From a virus, in the UHGV virus genome UHGV-1374627: DNA of 37,279 nucleotides. One strand, written 5' to 3'. Made by a program: the position numbers and the translations under genes. The notes under the pieces are model-generated. The model did not search any database. It saw only the letters and a list, made by a program, of their open reading frames with translations, and had not been told where the DNA came from. Below are positions 7,111 to 14,991 of the stretch, piece after piece (the stretch's first letter is position 1; each line of letters opens with the position of its first letter).

Positions 7111-7443
7111 TTAGTCGTTTCGCCGGGTATATCGCTGCCTTAAAAACGCGAGATAAGAGCGAGCCTCAGCCTGAGCATCCGGCGGAAGCTCCATAAATTC
7201 TTTTGCTACTTTGTAGGCCTCATCGGGTACTCCGGTGAGGTTTTCTTTTTTGTCGTCGCTGTCATCAATCAAGTAATCGACGGATACACCAAAAAAGTCG
7301 GCAATCATTTTCCAGATTTTCATTCCTGGATCGTACTTCCCTGTCTCGTATCCGGAGATTGCTGCCTGTGATAAATTCAGCGCCTCCGCCAGTTCTTTTT
7401 GATTCAGCCCCTTACTCAAACGGACTTGCTTCAGACGATTCAT
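7111..7443 (-). CDS. CI-like repressor, XRE-family HTH
   Basis: MNRLKQVRLSKGLNQKELAEALNLSQAAISGYETGK is a canonical XRE HTH. A GAGGTG RBS is present. The gene is divergent from the cro-like gene across the operator region. Confidence 0.85.
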   Translation of the reverse strand: MNRLKQVRLSKGLNQKELAEALNLSQAAISGYETGKYDPGMKIWKMIADFFGVSVDYLIDDSDDKKENLTGVPDEAYKVAKEFMELPPDAQAEARSYLAFLRQRYTRRND

Positions 7444-7452
7444 GGCCCTCAC

Positions 7453-7597
7453 CTCGTTTATATTATATCAGCCTTTTTTATTTTTCCCACAAAAAATAAA
7501 GAAAATTTATAAAATTTGATTTTCACTATTGACACATCAAGATTCTTGATATATAATCCAGAATATCAAGAAACCTTATATTCAATCAAGACAGAAG
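7453..7597. promoter_or_regulatory. divergent immunity switch: P_R-like and P_RM-like promoters with palindromic operators
   Basis: Plus strand: TTGACA (7529-7534), a 17-nt spacer, then TATAAT (7552-7557). Operator ATCAAGAtTCTTGAT (7536-7550) sits in the spacer. Additional ATCAAGA half-sites lie at 7565-7571 and 7585-7591, with a TCTTGATAT/ATATCAAGA inverted pair. Minus strand: TTGTGG, an 18-nt spacer, then TATAAT (-10 at plus 7462-7467) ahead of the repressor RBS. Confidence 0.8.
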
Positions 7598-7810
7598 GTG
7601 ATTAACATTAACGGTATCAAATCCAAGCGTGTCGAAGCGGGCCTGTCGCAAAAGCAGCTCGCTGAGATCATGGGCGTCACACAGGCGGCCATTGCGAACT
7701 GGGAGACCGGCGGTGTGTATCCGCGCGCCTCGCAGCTCCCGGCGCTGGCCGAGGCGCTGAACTGCACTATCGACGATCTTTACAACGGCGGAAAGGAGGC
7801 GGGCGGATGA
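7598..7810 (+). CDS. Cro-like XRE-family HTH regulator
   Basis: IKSKRVEAGLSQKQLAEIMGVTQAAIANWETG is an XRE HTH. It is the first gene downstream of the consensus promoter. Start GTG 7598 sits directly after AGAAGG, so the start codon is uncertain. Confidence 0.75.
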   Translation: MININGIKSKRVEAGLSQKQLAEIMGVTQAAIANWETGGVYPRASQLPALAEALNCTIDDLYNGGKEAGG

Positions 7811-7989
7811 CGGACGCAAGATTGCGGCGCAAGGTCATGAGCCTAGAGCGGCGGCTCTCTGAGGCCGAGGAAAAAATCCTTGCGTTGAAAACAGTTGCCG
7901 AAGCCGCAATAGAACTCTCGGCGGAGCCAGCGGAAGATTTTATTACGCAGTATCTCGCTGGATACTATGACCGGAGGTCACGCGTATGA
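7807..7989 (+). CDS. hypothetical small coiled-coil protein
   Basis: ATGA overlap with the cro-like gene. The 60-aa product is Arg/Glu-rich and helical. Confidence 0.45.
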   Translation: MTDARLRRKVMSLERRLSEAEEKILALKTVAEAAIELSAEPAEDFITQYLAGYYDRRSRV

Positions 7990-8105
7990 ACGAGCGAGAG
8001 AAAGAGGAACGTCAATACCATGTCGGCGTGGCGATCAAGCTGGTTTTGCTGGCGCTTGCGCTGCTTGGGTGGATCATTGAGCTGAAAAAGCTCGGCGCAT
8101 TTTGA
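7986..8105 (+). CDS. small membrane peptide (39 aa)
   Basis: ATGA overlap with the upstream ORF. The product MNEREKEERQYHVGVAIKLVLLALALLGWIIELKKLGAF contains one TM helix. It is not in the ORF track because it is under 60 aa. Confidence 0.35.
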   Translation: MNEREKEERQYHVGVAIKLVLLALALLGWIIELKKLGAF

Positions 8106-8121
8106 GAAAGGAGCGAAAGGA

Positions 8122-8325
8122 ATGTCTACGATGGATGAACTGCGGAGCTGCCAGAAGTTCTTTATCACACCTTGCGAAGCCGCACCGTATATCGGCGTCA
8201 ATCCGCACTGGATCAGGCTGATGGCTCGTGAGCATCCGGAGCGGCTCGGATTTGACACGCTGTGCGTCAACAACCGAGTCAAGATCAACCGTGCGTCATT
8301 TATTCGGTTTTTGGAGGGCACATGA
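8122..8325 (+). CDS. HTH_17 / excisionase-like (MerR-type) DNA-binding protein
   Basis: GAAAGGAGCGAAAGGAATG RBS. ITPCEAAPYIGVNPHWIRLMAREH...RVKINRASFIRFLEG matches the excisionase-family HTH pattern. Confidence 0.6.
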   Translation: MSTMDELRSCQKFFITPCEAAPYIGVNPHWIRLMAREHPERLGFDTLCVNNRVKINRASFIRFLEGT

Positions 8326-8367
8326 TCTCCACCACTGATATTATCCCACCAAAGGAGTGAGAAATCC

Positions 8368-8814
8368 ATGCAGGAAGCATACATCAATATCTGCGCGGGG
8401 TGTCGAAAAAAGGCACATAAGACGCAGGAGCAGTGGGCAGAAGTGCTGCGCGTGTCGGTCGAGACGGTCAAGGCCTGGGAAGGCAATCACCGTATCCCGG
8501 ACAACTATCATGTCTGCCTGATGGTCAATGCCTGCGGCGATACCTGGTTCGCGTACAAGCACCTTTTGCAAATCTCGGACAGCCTGAATGTACTGCCGGA
8601 TATGAAGCGTCAGCCGCTTCCGCTGGCCGTGATCCAGCTGGTCAACCGCATCATCGGCTTTGCTGACCGGAACCGCGACAAGGAACTGCTGCGCATCGCA
8701 GAGGACGGCGTGATCGACACCGCCGAGCGGCCGGCCTATGACCAGATCGTGAACGAGCTGAACGACATCATCGCGGCGGCCTACACGCTGCGCTATGCGG
8801 AGGATTCGGAATGA
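8368..8814 (+). CDS. HTH-domain early regulator
   Basis: AAAGGAGTGAG RBS. KTQEQWAEVLRVSVETVKAWEGNHRIPD is an XRE-like HTH. The C-terminal domain has no recognised match. Confidence 0.55.
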   Translation: MQEAYINICAGCRKKAHKTQEQWAEVLRVSVETVKAWEGNHRIPDNYHVCLMVNACGDTWFAYKHLLQISDSLNVLPDMKRQPLPLAVIQLVNRIIGFADRNRDKELLRIAEDGVIDTAERPAYDQIVNELNDIIAAAYTLRYAEDSE

Positions 8815-8914
8815 AAAGGGCAGAAAAAAAGAGCCGCCCGGCTGCTGCGAACAACCGAGCGACTGCGTATCCCGTGAACGAGACACTTGAAAGCATCTTC
8901 AGTATATCATCAGA

Positions 8915-9718
8915 ATGTTTGTTTTGCAAGGGGGTGAATCGATTTTGAGCGAAGATTTTCGCGCCTTTTGGTCGGTCATCCCGGCCACGGTGCTGGATGA
9001 TATGTCCATCCCGGCCAATGCGAAGATCCTCTATGGGGTGCTGTCGTCGCTGATGCGGCGCGAGGGCTACTGCTGGCCCAGCAATGCGCAGCTCGCCGAG
9101 GCGATGCACTGCTCCGAGGACGTGGTCAAACGATGGGTGTCGGCGCTGGCCGAGGCCGGACACATCCGCGTCCGCATCGAGCCGAACCGCAAGGTCGGCG
9201 GCAAGATCCGCTACATCTCGCCAGTGCTGGCAGAGCCGTCCATCACGCCCTCGCAGGATGGGTACGGGGACGAATGTCCCGGTACGTACGGGGATAAAAA
9301 TCCCCGGGTAGGGGGACAAACTTCCCCGTCTATATATAAGGATGGATATAAAAAAGAGAATAAAAAGAAAAAGGAAAAAGAAAAACCGCAATCGGCTGAC
9401 GCCGTTGCGGCCTCCCTCCTGTATAAATGCGAGCAGAACGGTCAGCCGCTGGTGGATGCCATGCAGCGGTTTTTGCAGATGCGCGTTGAGATCAAAAAGC
9501 CGGTCAAGTCCATGCAGGCTGCTGCCATGCTTTGGAACAAGCTCGTCAAGCTGTCTGCCGGTGACCCGGACTACATGGTCGCCCTGCTGGATAAGGCGAC
9601 CGAGCGGCAATGGCTGAGTCTGTTCCCGCTGAAGGATGACGAGCTGCCGCAGAACCGGCAGGCTGTCCCTGCTGATAATGCCGGGCGCGTGGATCTCAGC
9701 GGCGTGGAGTTTGTGTGA
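8915..9718 (+). CDS. replisome organizer / replication initiator (winged-helix N-domain, DnaD-like C-domain)
   Basis: ANAKILYGVLSSLMRREGYCWPSNAQLAEAMHCSEDVVKRWVSALAEAGHI is the phage replisome-organizer N-terminal wHTH. The C-terminal LLYKCEQNGQPLVDAMQRFLQMR...MLWNKLVKLS is DnaD-like. The gene carries an internal Lys-rich low-complexity linker. The alternative start TTG 8945 has an AGGGGGTG RBS. Confidence 0.75.
   Translation: MFVLQGGESILSEDFRAFWSVIPATVLDDMSIPANAKILYGVLSSLMRREGYCWPSNAQLAEAMHCSEDVVKRWVSALAEAGHIRVRIEPNRKVGGKIRYISPVLAEPSITPSQDGYGDECPGTYGDKNPRVGGQTSPSIYKDGYKKENKKKKEKEKPQSADAVAASLLYKCEQNGQPLVDAMQRFLQMRVEIKKPVKSMQAAAMLWNKLVKLSAGDPDYMVALLDKATERQWLSLFPLKDDELPQNRQAVPADNAGRVDLSGVEFV
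9266..9390. repeat. origin-like segment inside initiator gene: three GGGGA...TCCCC inverted-repeat elements followed by a ~60-bp AT-rich tract
   Basis: GGGGAcgaatGTCCC, GGGGAtaaaaaTCCCC and GGGGGAcaaacTTCCCC lie at 9266-9328. A ~60-nt A/T-rich run (tatatataaggatggatataaaaaagagaataaaaagaaaaaggaaaaagaaaaa) follows at 9329-9388, within a 60% GC genome. Confidence 0.45.
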
Positions 9719-11085
9719 TGGCCAGCAAACAAGATGCGCTGATCAGCGCACAGACTTCCGTCCTCGGCTCGATGATCATCGATTCGCGCTGCGTCCCCGT
9801 CGTGATGGAGACGATCAAGGAGGACTATTTTACAGTCGGCCAGTATCGGACGATCTTCAATGCGATCCGTGCGCTGGCTGGCGAGGGACGTCCGATCGAC
9901 GCCGTGACGGTGCTCGACCGGGCTGGAAAAGCCTACACCGACCTGATCGGCCAGATCATCACGGTCACGCCGACCGCCGCCAATGTCCGCGAGTATTGCC
10001 GTATCCTGCGGAGCGAGGCCCGCTTGCAGCTGCTCAAGGATGCAGCCGGCGCAATGCTCGACGCGGAGGACGAAGACGAGATCCGCACGGCGCTGGATCA
10101 GGTCAACCGCATCATGGTCGACAAGCCTGGCATCCGGGCCATGAATATGGCGCAGGCGCTGGAAGATTTCTACCGGCGGCACGATCCATCCGTCAAGCCG
10201 GACTTCCTGCCGTGGAAGTTTGCCAAGCTCAACAAATACCTCCGGACGGAGCCGGGAGACCTCATCTACATCGGCGGCTATCCCTCGGACGGCAAGACCA
10301 CGCTTGCACTGCACACGGCCCGAGAGCAGGCAAAAACCAAAAAGGTCGGGTTCTTCAGCTATGAAACAAACTGTGGGAAGCTGGCAGACGCGATGGTCTG
10401 CGCTGCCGCGCAGATCGGCCTGCCAACCATCCAACTCAACAAACTCGGCGAAAACGAGTGGGACGAACTGGCCTACATTTCCACAGATTTCACGGGCCGT
10501 AATCTCGACATCATTGAGGCCGCCGGCATGACGGTCACGGACATCCGCCTCTACACGATGGCGCACCACTACGATGTGATCTACATCGACTATGTCCAGC
10601 TCATTCCGGCCAGCGGGAAAAGCCGCTGGGAACAGGAGGATTTCCAGCGGGTCAGCGCCAATAGCCGTGCGCTCAAGCTCTTTGGTCTCCAGTGTGGTGT
10701 GACGATCGTGGCACTCAGTCAGATGACGAGGCCGCAGCGCAACAAGGACGGCATGATCCCGCCGCCGACAATGTCTAGCCTCCGCAGCACCGGCCAGATT
10801 GAGCAGGATGCGGACGCCGTTCTGCTGATGTTCCGCGAGGATCAAAAGGCAAAGGACGCCGACCGCATCATCACCTTCGGCAAGATCAAGACCGGCGCGG
10901 CAGGCGGCTCTTTCAAACTCCACTTCGACGGCGAAATGCAGACGTTCAGCGACAAGCCGAACGAGCGCAAGCAGCGCCGCGAGGAAGTGCAGCAACAGAC
11001 GAAAATGCAGGAATTCCGGGAACTTCCAAAAAGCGAACCGCTCCCGGATGATTTCCCATTTGAACGAAAGGAAGAAAACACATGA
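9715..11085 (+). CDS. dnaB: replicative DNA helicase, DnaB family
   Basis: The N-terminal DnaB domain reads LISAQTSVLGSMIID...EDYF. The Walker A is GGYPSDGKTTLAL. RecA-like motifs follow (IYIDYVQL, SQMTRP). The 456-aa product overlaps the replisome organizer stop. Confidence 0.9.
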   Translation: MMASKQDALISAQTSVLGSMIIDSRCVPVVMETIKEDYFTVGQYRTIFNAIRALAGEGRPIDAVTVLDRAGKAYTDLIGQIITVTPTAANVREYCRILRSEARLQLLKDAAGAMLDAEDEDEIRTALDQVNRIMVDKPGIRAMNMAQALEDFYRRHDPSVKPDFLPWKFAKLNKYLRTEPGDLIYIGGYPSDGKTTLALHTAREQAKTKKVGFFSYETNCGKLADAMVCAAAQIGLPTIQLNKLGENEWDELAYISTDFTGRNLDIIEAAGMTVTDIRLYTMAHHYDVIYIDYVQLIPASGKSRWEQEDFQRVSANSRALKLFGLQCGVTIVALSQMTRPQRNKDGMIPPPTMSSLRSTGQIEQDADAVLLMFREDQKAKDADRIITFGKIKTGAAGGSFKLHFDGEMQTFSDKPNERKQRREEVQQQTKMQEFRELPKSEPLPDDFPFERKEENT

Positions 11086-11897
11086 AAGCAATCGCAATCC
11101 TGAATCTGAAAGGCGGCGTCGGAAAGACCGTCACTGCCGTCAACATGGCCCACATCCTGGCCGCCGATCACAAACAGCGTGTGCTCCTGGTTGACTGCGA
11201 CAGCCAGTGCAACGCGACGGAGTTCTTCGGTGTGCGGCCCGGAATGGGAACGGTCACGCTGGCCGACATTCTGCGCGGCGACTTCGAACCGTACGTCTCG
11301 GAGCTGGTCACGGGCACGGATTATCCCGGCGTCGACGTGATCCCCGGCTCTGATGAGCTGATGGACATGGATATGTCCCAAATCACGAGTCAGCGCGTCA
11401 ACGGCCGTGTCCTCGCGGATCTGTGCTGCACAATCGGTGAGGATGACGAGTACGACTACGTCCTGTTCGACTGCCCGCCGGCCTTTAATGCAGCGAGCGC
11501 CGCGGCGCTTTTGGCTGCGGATGAAGTTATCATCCCGATCAAGCTCGACGCCTTTTCCATCCGGGGGCTGGCCAATGTCAGCCGACAGATCGACAATATG
11601 CAGCGCATCAATCCCAAGATCCGCGTTGCCGGGGCGCTCATCACGATGTGGCGCAACGTGCCCGTCGTGCTGGAGGCCGAGGGCAGTCTCCGCGACTGCG
11701 GCCTGCTGCCGGTATTTCAGACGGTCATTCGCCGCACTGACAAGGTCGACGAGATGACCTTCGAACGCAAGCCCATCGCCATCTATTCCCCGCGCAGCGC
11801 CGCCGGCTATGATTACCGAAGCTTTGTGCAGGAGTATTTGGAGCCGCCCGTCACAATGGACGATATGCTGAGAGGAGGCGTTGACCGTGCCGTTTGA
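11082..11897 (+). CDS. parA: ParA/Soj-family partition ATPase
   Basis: The deviant Walker A reads IAILNLKGGVGKTVTAVNMAH. LLVDCDSQCNAT and DYVLFDCPPA are consistent with ParA. The start overlaps the dnaB stop in an ATGA junction. Confidence 0.9.
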   Translation: MKAIAILNLKGGVGKTVTAVNMAHILAADHKQRVLLVDCDSQCNATEFFGVRPGMGTVTLADILRGDFEPYVSELVTGTDYPGVDVIPGSDELMDMDMSQITSQRVNGRVLADLCCTIGEDDEYDYVLFDCPPAFNAASAAALLAADEVIIPIKLDAFSIRGLANVSRQIDNMQRINPKIRVAGALITMWRNVPVVLEAEGSLRDCGLLPVFQTVIRRTDKVDEMTFERKPIAIYSPRSAAGYDYRSFVQEYLEPPVTMDDMLRGGVDRAV

Positions 11898-12969
11898 TGT
11901 GAGCCGTATTTTGCAGGACGCCGCACCTGCACCGAAAGATATGACGCTGCCGGAAACAGGGCCGCGGACGGCAGAGACCATCGGAAGCGAGATCCGCTAT
12001 CTGTCCCATCAGGCCAAGTGCATGACGGTCTGGTTCGGTGTGGAGATCGGCAAGCGCCTTGCCGAGGCGAAGGCCATGGTCGGCCACGGCGGATGGCTGG
12101 ATTTCCTGAAAAACGAAACGGAGTTTTCGCAACCCGCCGCAAATCGATTCATGCGGATTGCGAGGGAATACGGCGAAAAAGCAAATTATTCAACGTTGAA
12201 TAATTTGAGCGTTTCCAATGCTTTGCGGCTTTTGGCCGTGCCAGAAGAGGAGCGCGAAGAGTTCGCCGAGGCGGTCGATGCGGAGAATCTTTCCGCCCGC
12301 GAGCTGGAACAGGCCATTCGGGAACGCGATGAGGCACGGAAGCAGCTGGAGGCCGAGCGCGCGGCCAGTGAGGGCACGGCGCTGAAGCTGGCCGACATCA
12401 CCTCCGCCCTCGATGCGGAGAAAGAAAAGACGGCAGCGCTCAGGGAGCGCACCGACGCGCAGGCAGCGAAGATCACGGAACTGGAAAACCGGCCGGTCGA
12501 GGTCGCCGTGCAGGCGGCAGACCCGGCGGAGATCGAAAAGGCCGTTGCGTATGCGCTGGCCGAGGCGGAGAAAAAGCACAAGGCCGACGTCGCTGCGCTG
12601 GAAAAGCGCCGCAGGGAGGCCGAGAAGAAGCAGGCGGAGCTTCAGGCCGAGGCTGCGAAGGCCATGGCCGATCTGAAAAACAGCACAGGCCGTGCCGATG
12701 AGCTGAAGCACCGCGTCGAGACGCTTCAGTCCGAGCTTGAGGCCGCAAAGGCAAACGCCGAGAAGCTTCAGAAGGCAGGGGCGATCCAGTCGGACGCGGA
12801 CATTGCCGTCTTTCAGAGCTTCTTTCAGGCGGTGCAGGAAAACTTCAATCGCGCCTGCGGCCTGATGCAGAAGATCAAGACTCGTGACGCGGAGAAGGCC
12901 GCGAAACTGGCCCGGTTCAGCCGGGACGCGCTGGCAAAGATGTCGGCGCTGGTCGAAAAGGAGGCATGA
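11881..12969 (+). CDS. ParB-like partner protein (DUF3102-like N-domain plus long Ala/Glu-rich coiled coil)
   Basis: IGSEIRYLSHQAKCMTVWFGVEIGKRLAEAKAMVGHGGWLDFL resembles DUF3102 (KorB/ParB-associated). The remaining ~250 aa are AEKKQAELQAEAAKA-type coiled coil. The gene follows parA with overlap. Confidence 0.6.
   Translation: MTVPFDVSRILQDAAPAPKDMTLPETGPRTAETIGSEIRYLSHQAKCMTVWFGVEIGKRLAEAKAMVGHGGWLDFLKNETEFSQPAANRFMRIAREYGEKANYSTLNNLSVSNALRLLAVPEEEREEFAEAVDAENLSARELEQAIRERDEARKQLEAERAASEGTALKLADITSALDAEKEKTAALRERTDAQAAKITELENRPVEVAVQAADPAEIEKAVAYALAEAEKKHKADVAALEKRRREAEKKQAELQAEAAKAMADLKNSTGRADELKHRVETLQSELEAAKANAEKLQKAGAIQSDADIAVFQSFFQAVQENFNRACGLMQKIKTRDAEKAAKLARFSRDALAKMSALVEKEA
12183..12206. 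repeat. perfect 24-bp palindrome AAATTATTCAACGTTGAATAATTT embedded in ParB-like gene (candidate parS/centromere site)
   Basis: Exact 12+12 inverted repeat. It is AT-rich in GC-rich surroundings. Confidence 0.6.
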
Positions 12970-13133
12970 TGGCAAAAAAGAAGCGGCGGACACTCCCGCC
13001 GCCATCTCATGGGACGGAATGTTATAACCTGCTGTGCCCGTATCGGCACAACAGCACGCAGTCAGCGTATAGCTGCGCGATAATTCGCCTCTGCGCGGCC
13101 CGAAAACTGGAAAGGAGTCCACGCCATGAATGA
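12969..13133 (+). CDS. small Cys-containing protein (54 aa), possible zinc ribbon
   Basis: Product MAKKKRRTLPPPSHGTECYNLLCPYRHNSTQSAYSCAIIRLCAARKLERSPRHE. The gene overlaps both neighbours and is not in the track. Confidence 0.3.
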   Translation: MAKKKRRTLPPPSHGTECYNLLCPYRHNSTQSAYSCAIIRLCAARKLERSPRHE

Positions 13134-13362
13134 GCCTTTGACTCTGCAAGAGCTTGTGGAGATGAACGGTCAGCAGGTTTGGGCTGGCGAGCCGTTTAAC
13201 GATTGGGTCAAACTCATAATCGGCCCCTATGGCATTCCAAGCAGTATGCCCCCTGTAAAATTGTACCGTGCCCAACCAGATACGTTCGTGGAAGCAGGAA
13301 AGGCTGACAATGAAGCGCATAACGAGCTGGAACGGCGACTGTGTGCGGATCAACGGGCATAG
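13126..13362 (+). CDS. hypothetical protein
   Basis: GGAAAGGAG RBS. The 78-aa ORF has no recognised domain. Confidence 0.45.
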   Translation: MNEPLTLQELVEMNGQQVWAGEPFNDWVKLIIGPYGIPSSMPPVKLYRAQPDTFVEAGKADNEAHNELERRLCADQRA

Positions 13363-13403
13363 CTTTTTCCACGATGAAAATTACATGAGGGTGGTAATCA
13401 CGG

Positions 13404-14030
13404 ATGAGTAAAGCAGTTTTAATCAGCATCCGTCCGAAATGGTGCGAGAAAATCGCGTCCGGAGAAAAGACCATCGAGGTTCGCAAGACGCGGCCGAAGA
13501 TGGAAACGCCGGGCAGGTGCTACATCTACTGCACGCAGAGCGCTGATATGCTTTGGATTTTGAAGGAAAGAGAACGGTCTCTCCATCCTGATAAAATAGC
13601 GGATGTTTTCAAGGCTGCTAAATGCGGCGGAGCATATCGGGGGAATGGCAAGGTCATCGGTGAATTTGTATGTGATCGAATCGACACGATCCTTCCTGAA
13701 AACGAACCATACGGCATTTACAACATCGACGACGATTATGTCTTTCAGACGTGCCTTGAATATGGTGCGCTTTGGAACTACGGAAACGGCCAAACGCTAT
13801 ACGGCTGGCACATTTCAAACCTGAATATCTACGATGAGCCGAAGGAGCTGGGAGAGTTCACGGCTGCTTGCAGGTATAAAAATGATGATGGGTCGTGCCC
13901 GTCACGTAGGATTGCGTGTTCGTTCCAGAGATATGATTACAACCCAGACGGAAGCATTAACATCGCGGAATGTGAAAATACAATTCGCCGTCCGCCCAAG
14001 AGCTGGGGATATGTGGAGGAATTGCCATGA
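13404..14030 (+). CDS. ASCH-domain protein (PUA-like fold)
   Basis: AVLISIRPKWCEKIASGEKTIEVRKTRP is the ASCH N-terminal signature. The 208-aa product has a Cys-containing C-terminal extension. Confidence 0.7.
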   Translation: MSKAVLISIRPKWCEKIASGEKTIEVRKTRPKMETPGRCYIYCTQSADMLWILKERERSLHPDKIADVFKAAKCGGAYRGNGKVIGEFVCDRIDTILPENEPYGIYNIDDDYVFQTCLEYGALWNYGNGQTLYGWHISNLNIYDEPKELGEFTAACRYKNDDGSCPSRRIACSFQRYDYNPDGSINIAECENTIRRPPKSWGYVEELP

Positions 14031-14230
14031 AGCCGCCGTGTGAGAGGGACTGTCCGGGGCGGTCAGCGGAATGTCACGCCAGGTGCGCGCCTTATCTGGA
14101 ATATGAGGAAGCAAAACAGGCGGAATATCGGGCGAATGTGGCTGAAAGAGACCGGAACGCTTACACTGCGGACGCGGAAAAGCGGTCACGGAGTGTAGCG
14201 AGATTGAAAAGAATGGGGCTGCTGAAATGA
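14027..14230 (+). CDS. Cys-rich small protein (CxxxC...CxxxC) with basic C-terminal helix
   Basis: Product begins MKPPCERDCPGRSAECHARCAPY. Its 3' end (ERDRNAYTADAEKRSRSVARLKRMGLLK) is duplicated downstream of the methyltransferase gene. Confidence 0.5.
   Translation: MKPPCERDCPGRSAECHARCAPYLEYEEAKQAEYRANVAERDRNAYTADAEKRSRSVARLKRMGLLK
14141..14230 (+). repeat. left copy of ~85-bp imperfect direct repeat flanking the methyltransferase gene
   Basis: gcttacactgcggacgcggaaaagcgg...ggggctgctgaaATGa aligns with 14992-15075 (gcctacactgcggacgcgaagaagcgg...ggggttgctgaaATGa) at ~75-80% identity. Confidence 0.7.
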
Positions 14231-14991
14231 CGCATCTGAGTTTGTTTTCGGGTATCGGCGGACTTGATCTTGCTGCGAAATGGGCAGGATTTACAACCGT
14301 TGGGCAATGCGAATTTGCAGATTACCCAACAAAAGTGCTGGAAAAGCACTGGCCGGATGTGCCGCGCTGGCGTGACATCCGGACTTTGACGAAGGAGAGT
14401 TTTTATGAGCGGACAGGCCTACGAACAGTTGACGTTATTTCCGGCGGATTCCCATGCCAGCCCTTCTCCGTGGCTGGAAAGCAAAAGGGCAAAGGGGATG
14501 ATCGATACCTCTGGCCGGAGATGCTCCGAGTTATCACCGAGCTGCGCCCGCGTTGCGTTGTCGGTGAAAACGTTTCTGGACTTGTTCGAATTGCGCTTGC
14601 GGGAATCCTTTCCGAACTGCAAGGCGTCGGCTACGAAGCAAGGGCTTACAGTTCTGCGGCTTGGGATGTCGGCGGACTGCACAAGGGAGAGAGAATCTTT
14701 ATCGTGGCCGCGGCCAACGACGGGCGCGCCGCTGTGCGGCGGAACACACAACTTCCGGCAGATGGTGGCACTGAGAGACGCGGGGGCCGTCACGGAGGAG
14801 GAGCGGAAAAACCTGACCTGTGGAAGCGGTGGGAAGTCGAACCCCGCCCTTATGGAGTGGCTCATGGGATTCCTAATCGGGTGGACAGACTTAAATGCCT
14901 CGGAAACGCGGTAGTGCCGCAGCAGGCATATCCGATTTTCAAGGCATTGGCGGAAGAATTGCAGAGGGAGAAAAGACGTGAGAGAAGTTGA
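14227..14991 (+). CDS. DNA (cytosine-5)-methyltransferase, compact form
   Basis: Motif I is LFSGIGG. Motif IV is GGFPCQPFSVAG. Motif VI is VVGENVSGL. Motif VIII is RIFIVAA. Motif X is LGNAVVP. The very short variable region implies a minimal target-recognition domain. Confidence 0.9.
   Translation: MTHLSLFSGIGGLDLAAKWAGFTTVGQCEFADYPTKVLEKHWPDVPRWRDIRTLTKESFYERTGLRTVDVISGGFPCQPFSVAGKQKGKGDDRYLWPEMLRVITELRPRCVVGENVSGLVRIALAGILSELQGVGYEARAYSSAAWDVGGLHKGERIFIVAAANDGRAAVRRNTQLPADGGTERRGGRHGGGAEKPDLWKRWEVEPRPYGVAHGIPNRVDRLKCLGNAVVPQQAYPIFKALAEELQREKRRERS

Noticed and set aside
9571-11097. 508-aa ORF on the minus strand opposite dnaB, and similar long antisense ORFs (10842..11981, 12190..13353, 25137..26195, 30179..31288, 8768..9610)
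   Set aside because: They are Arg/Ala/Gly-rich shadow ORFs typical of high-GC DNA and lie fully antisense to genes with strong domain signatures (DnaB, ParA, capsid, tape measure). They have no RBS and no motifs.
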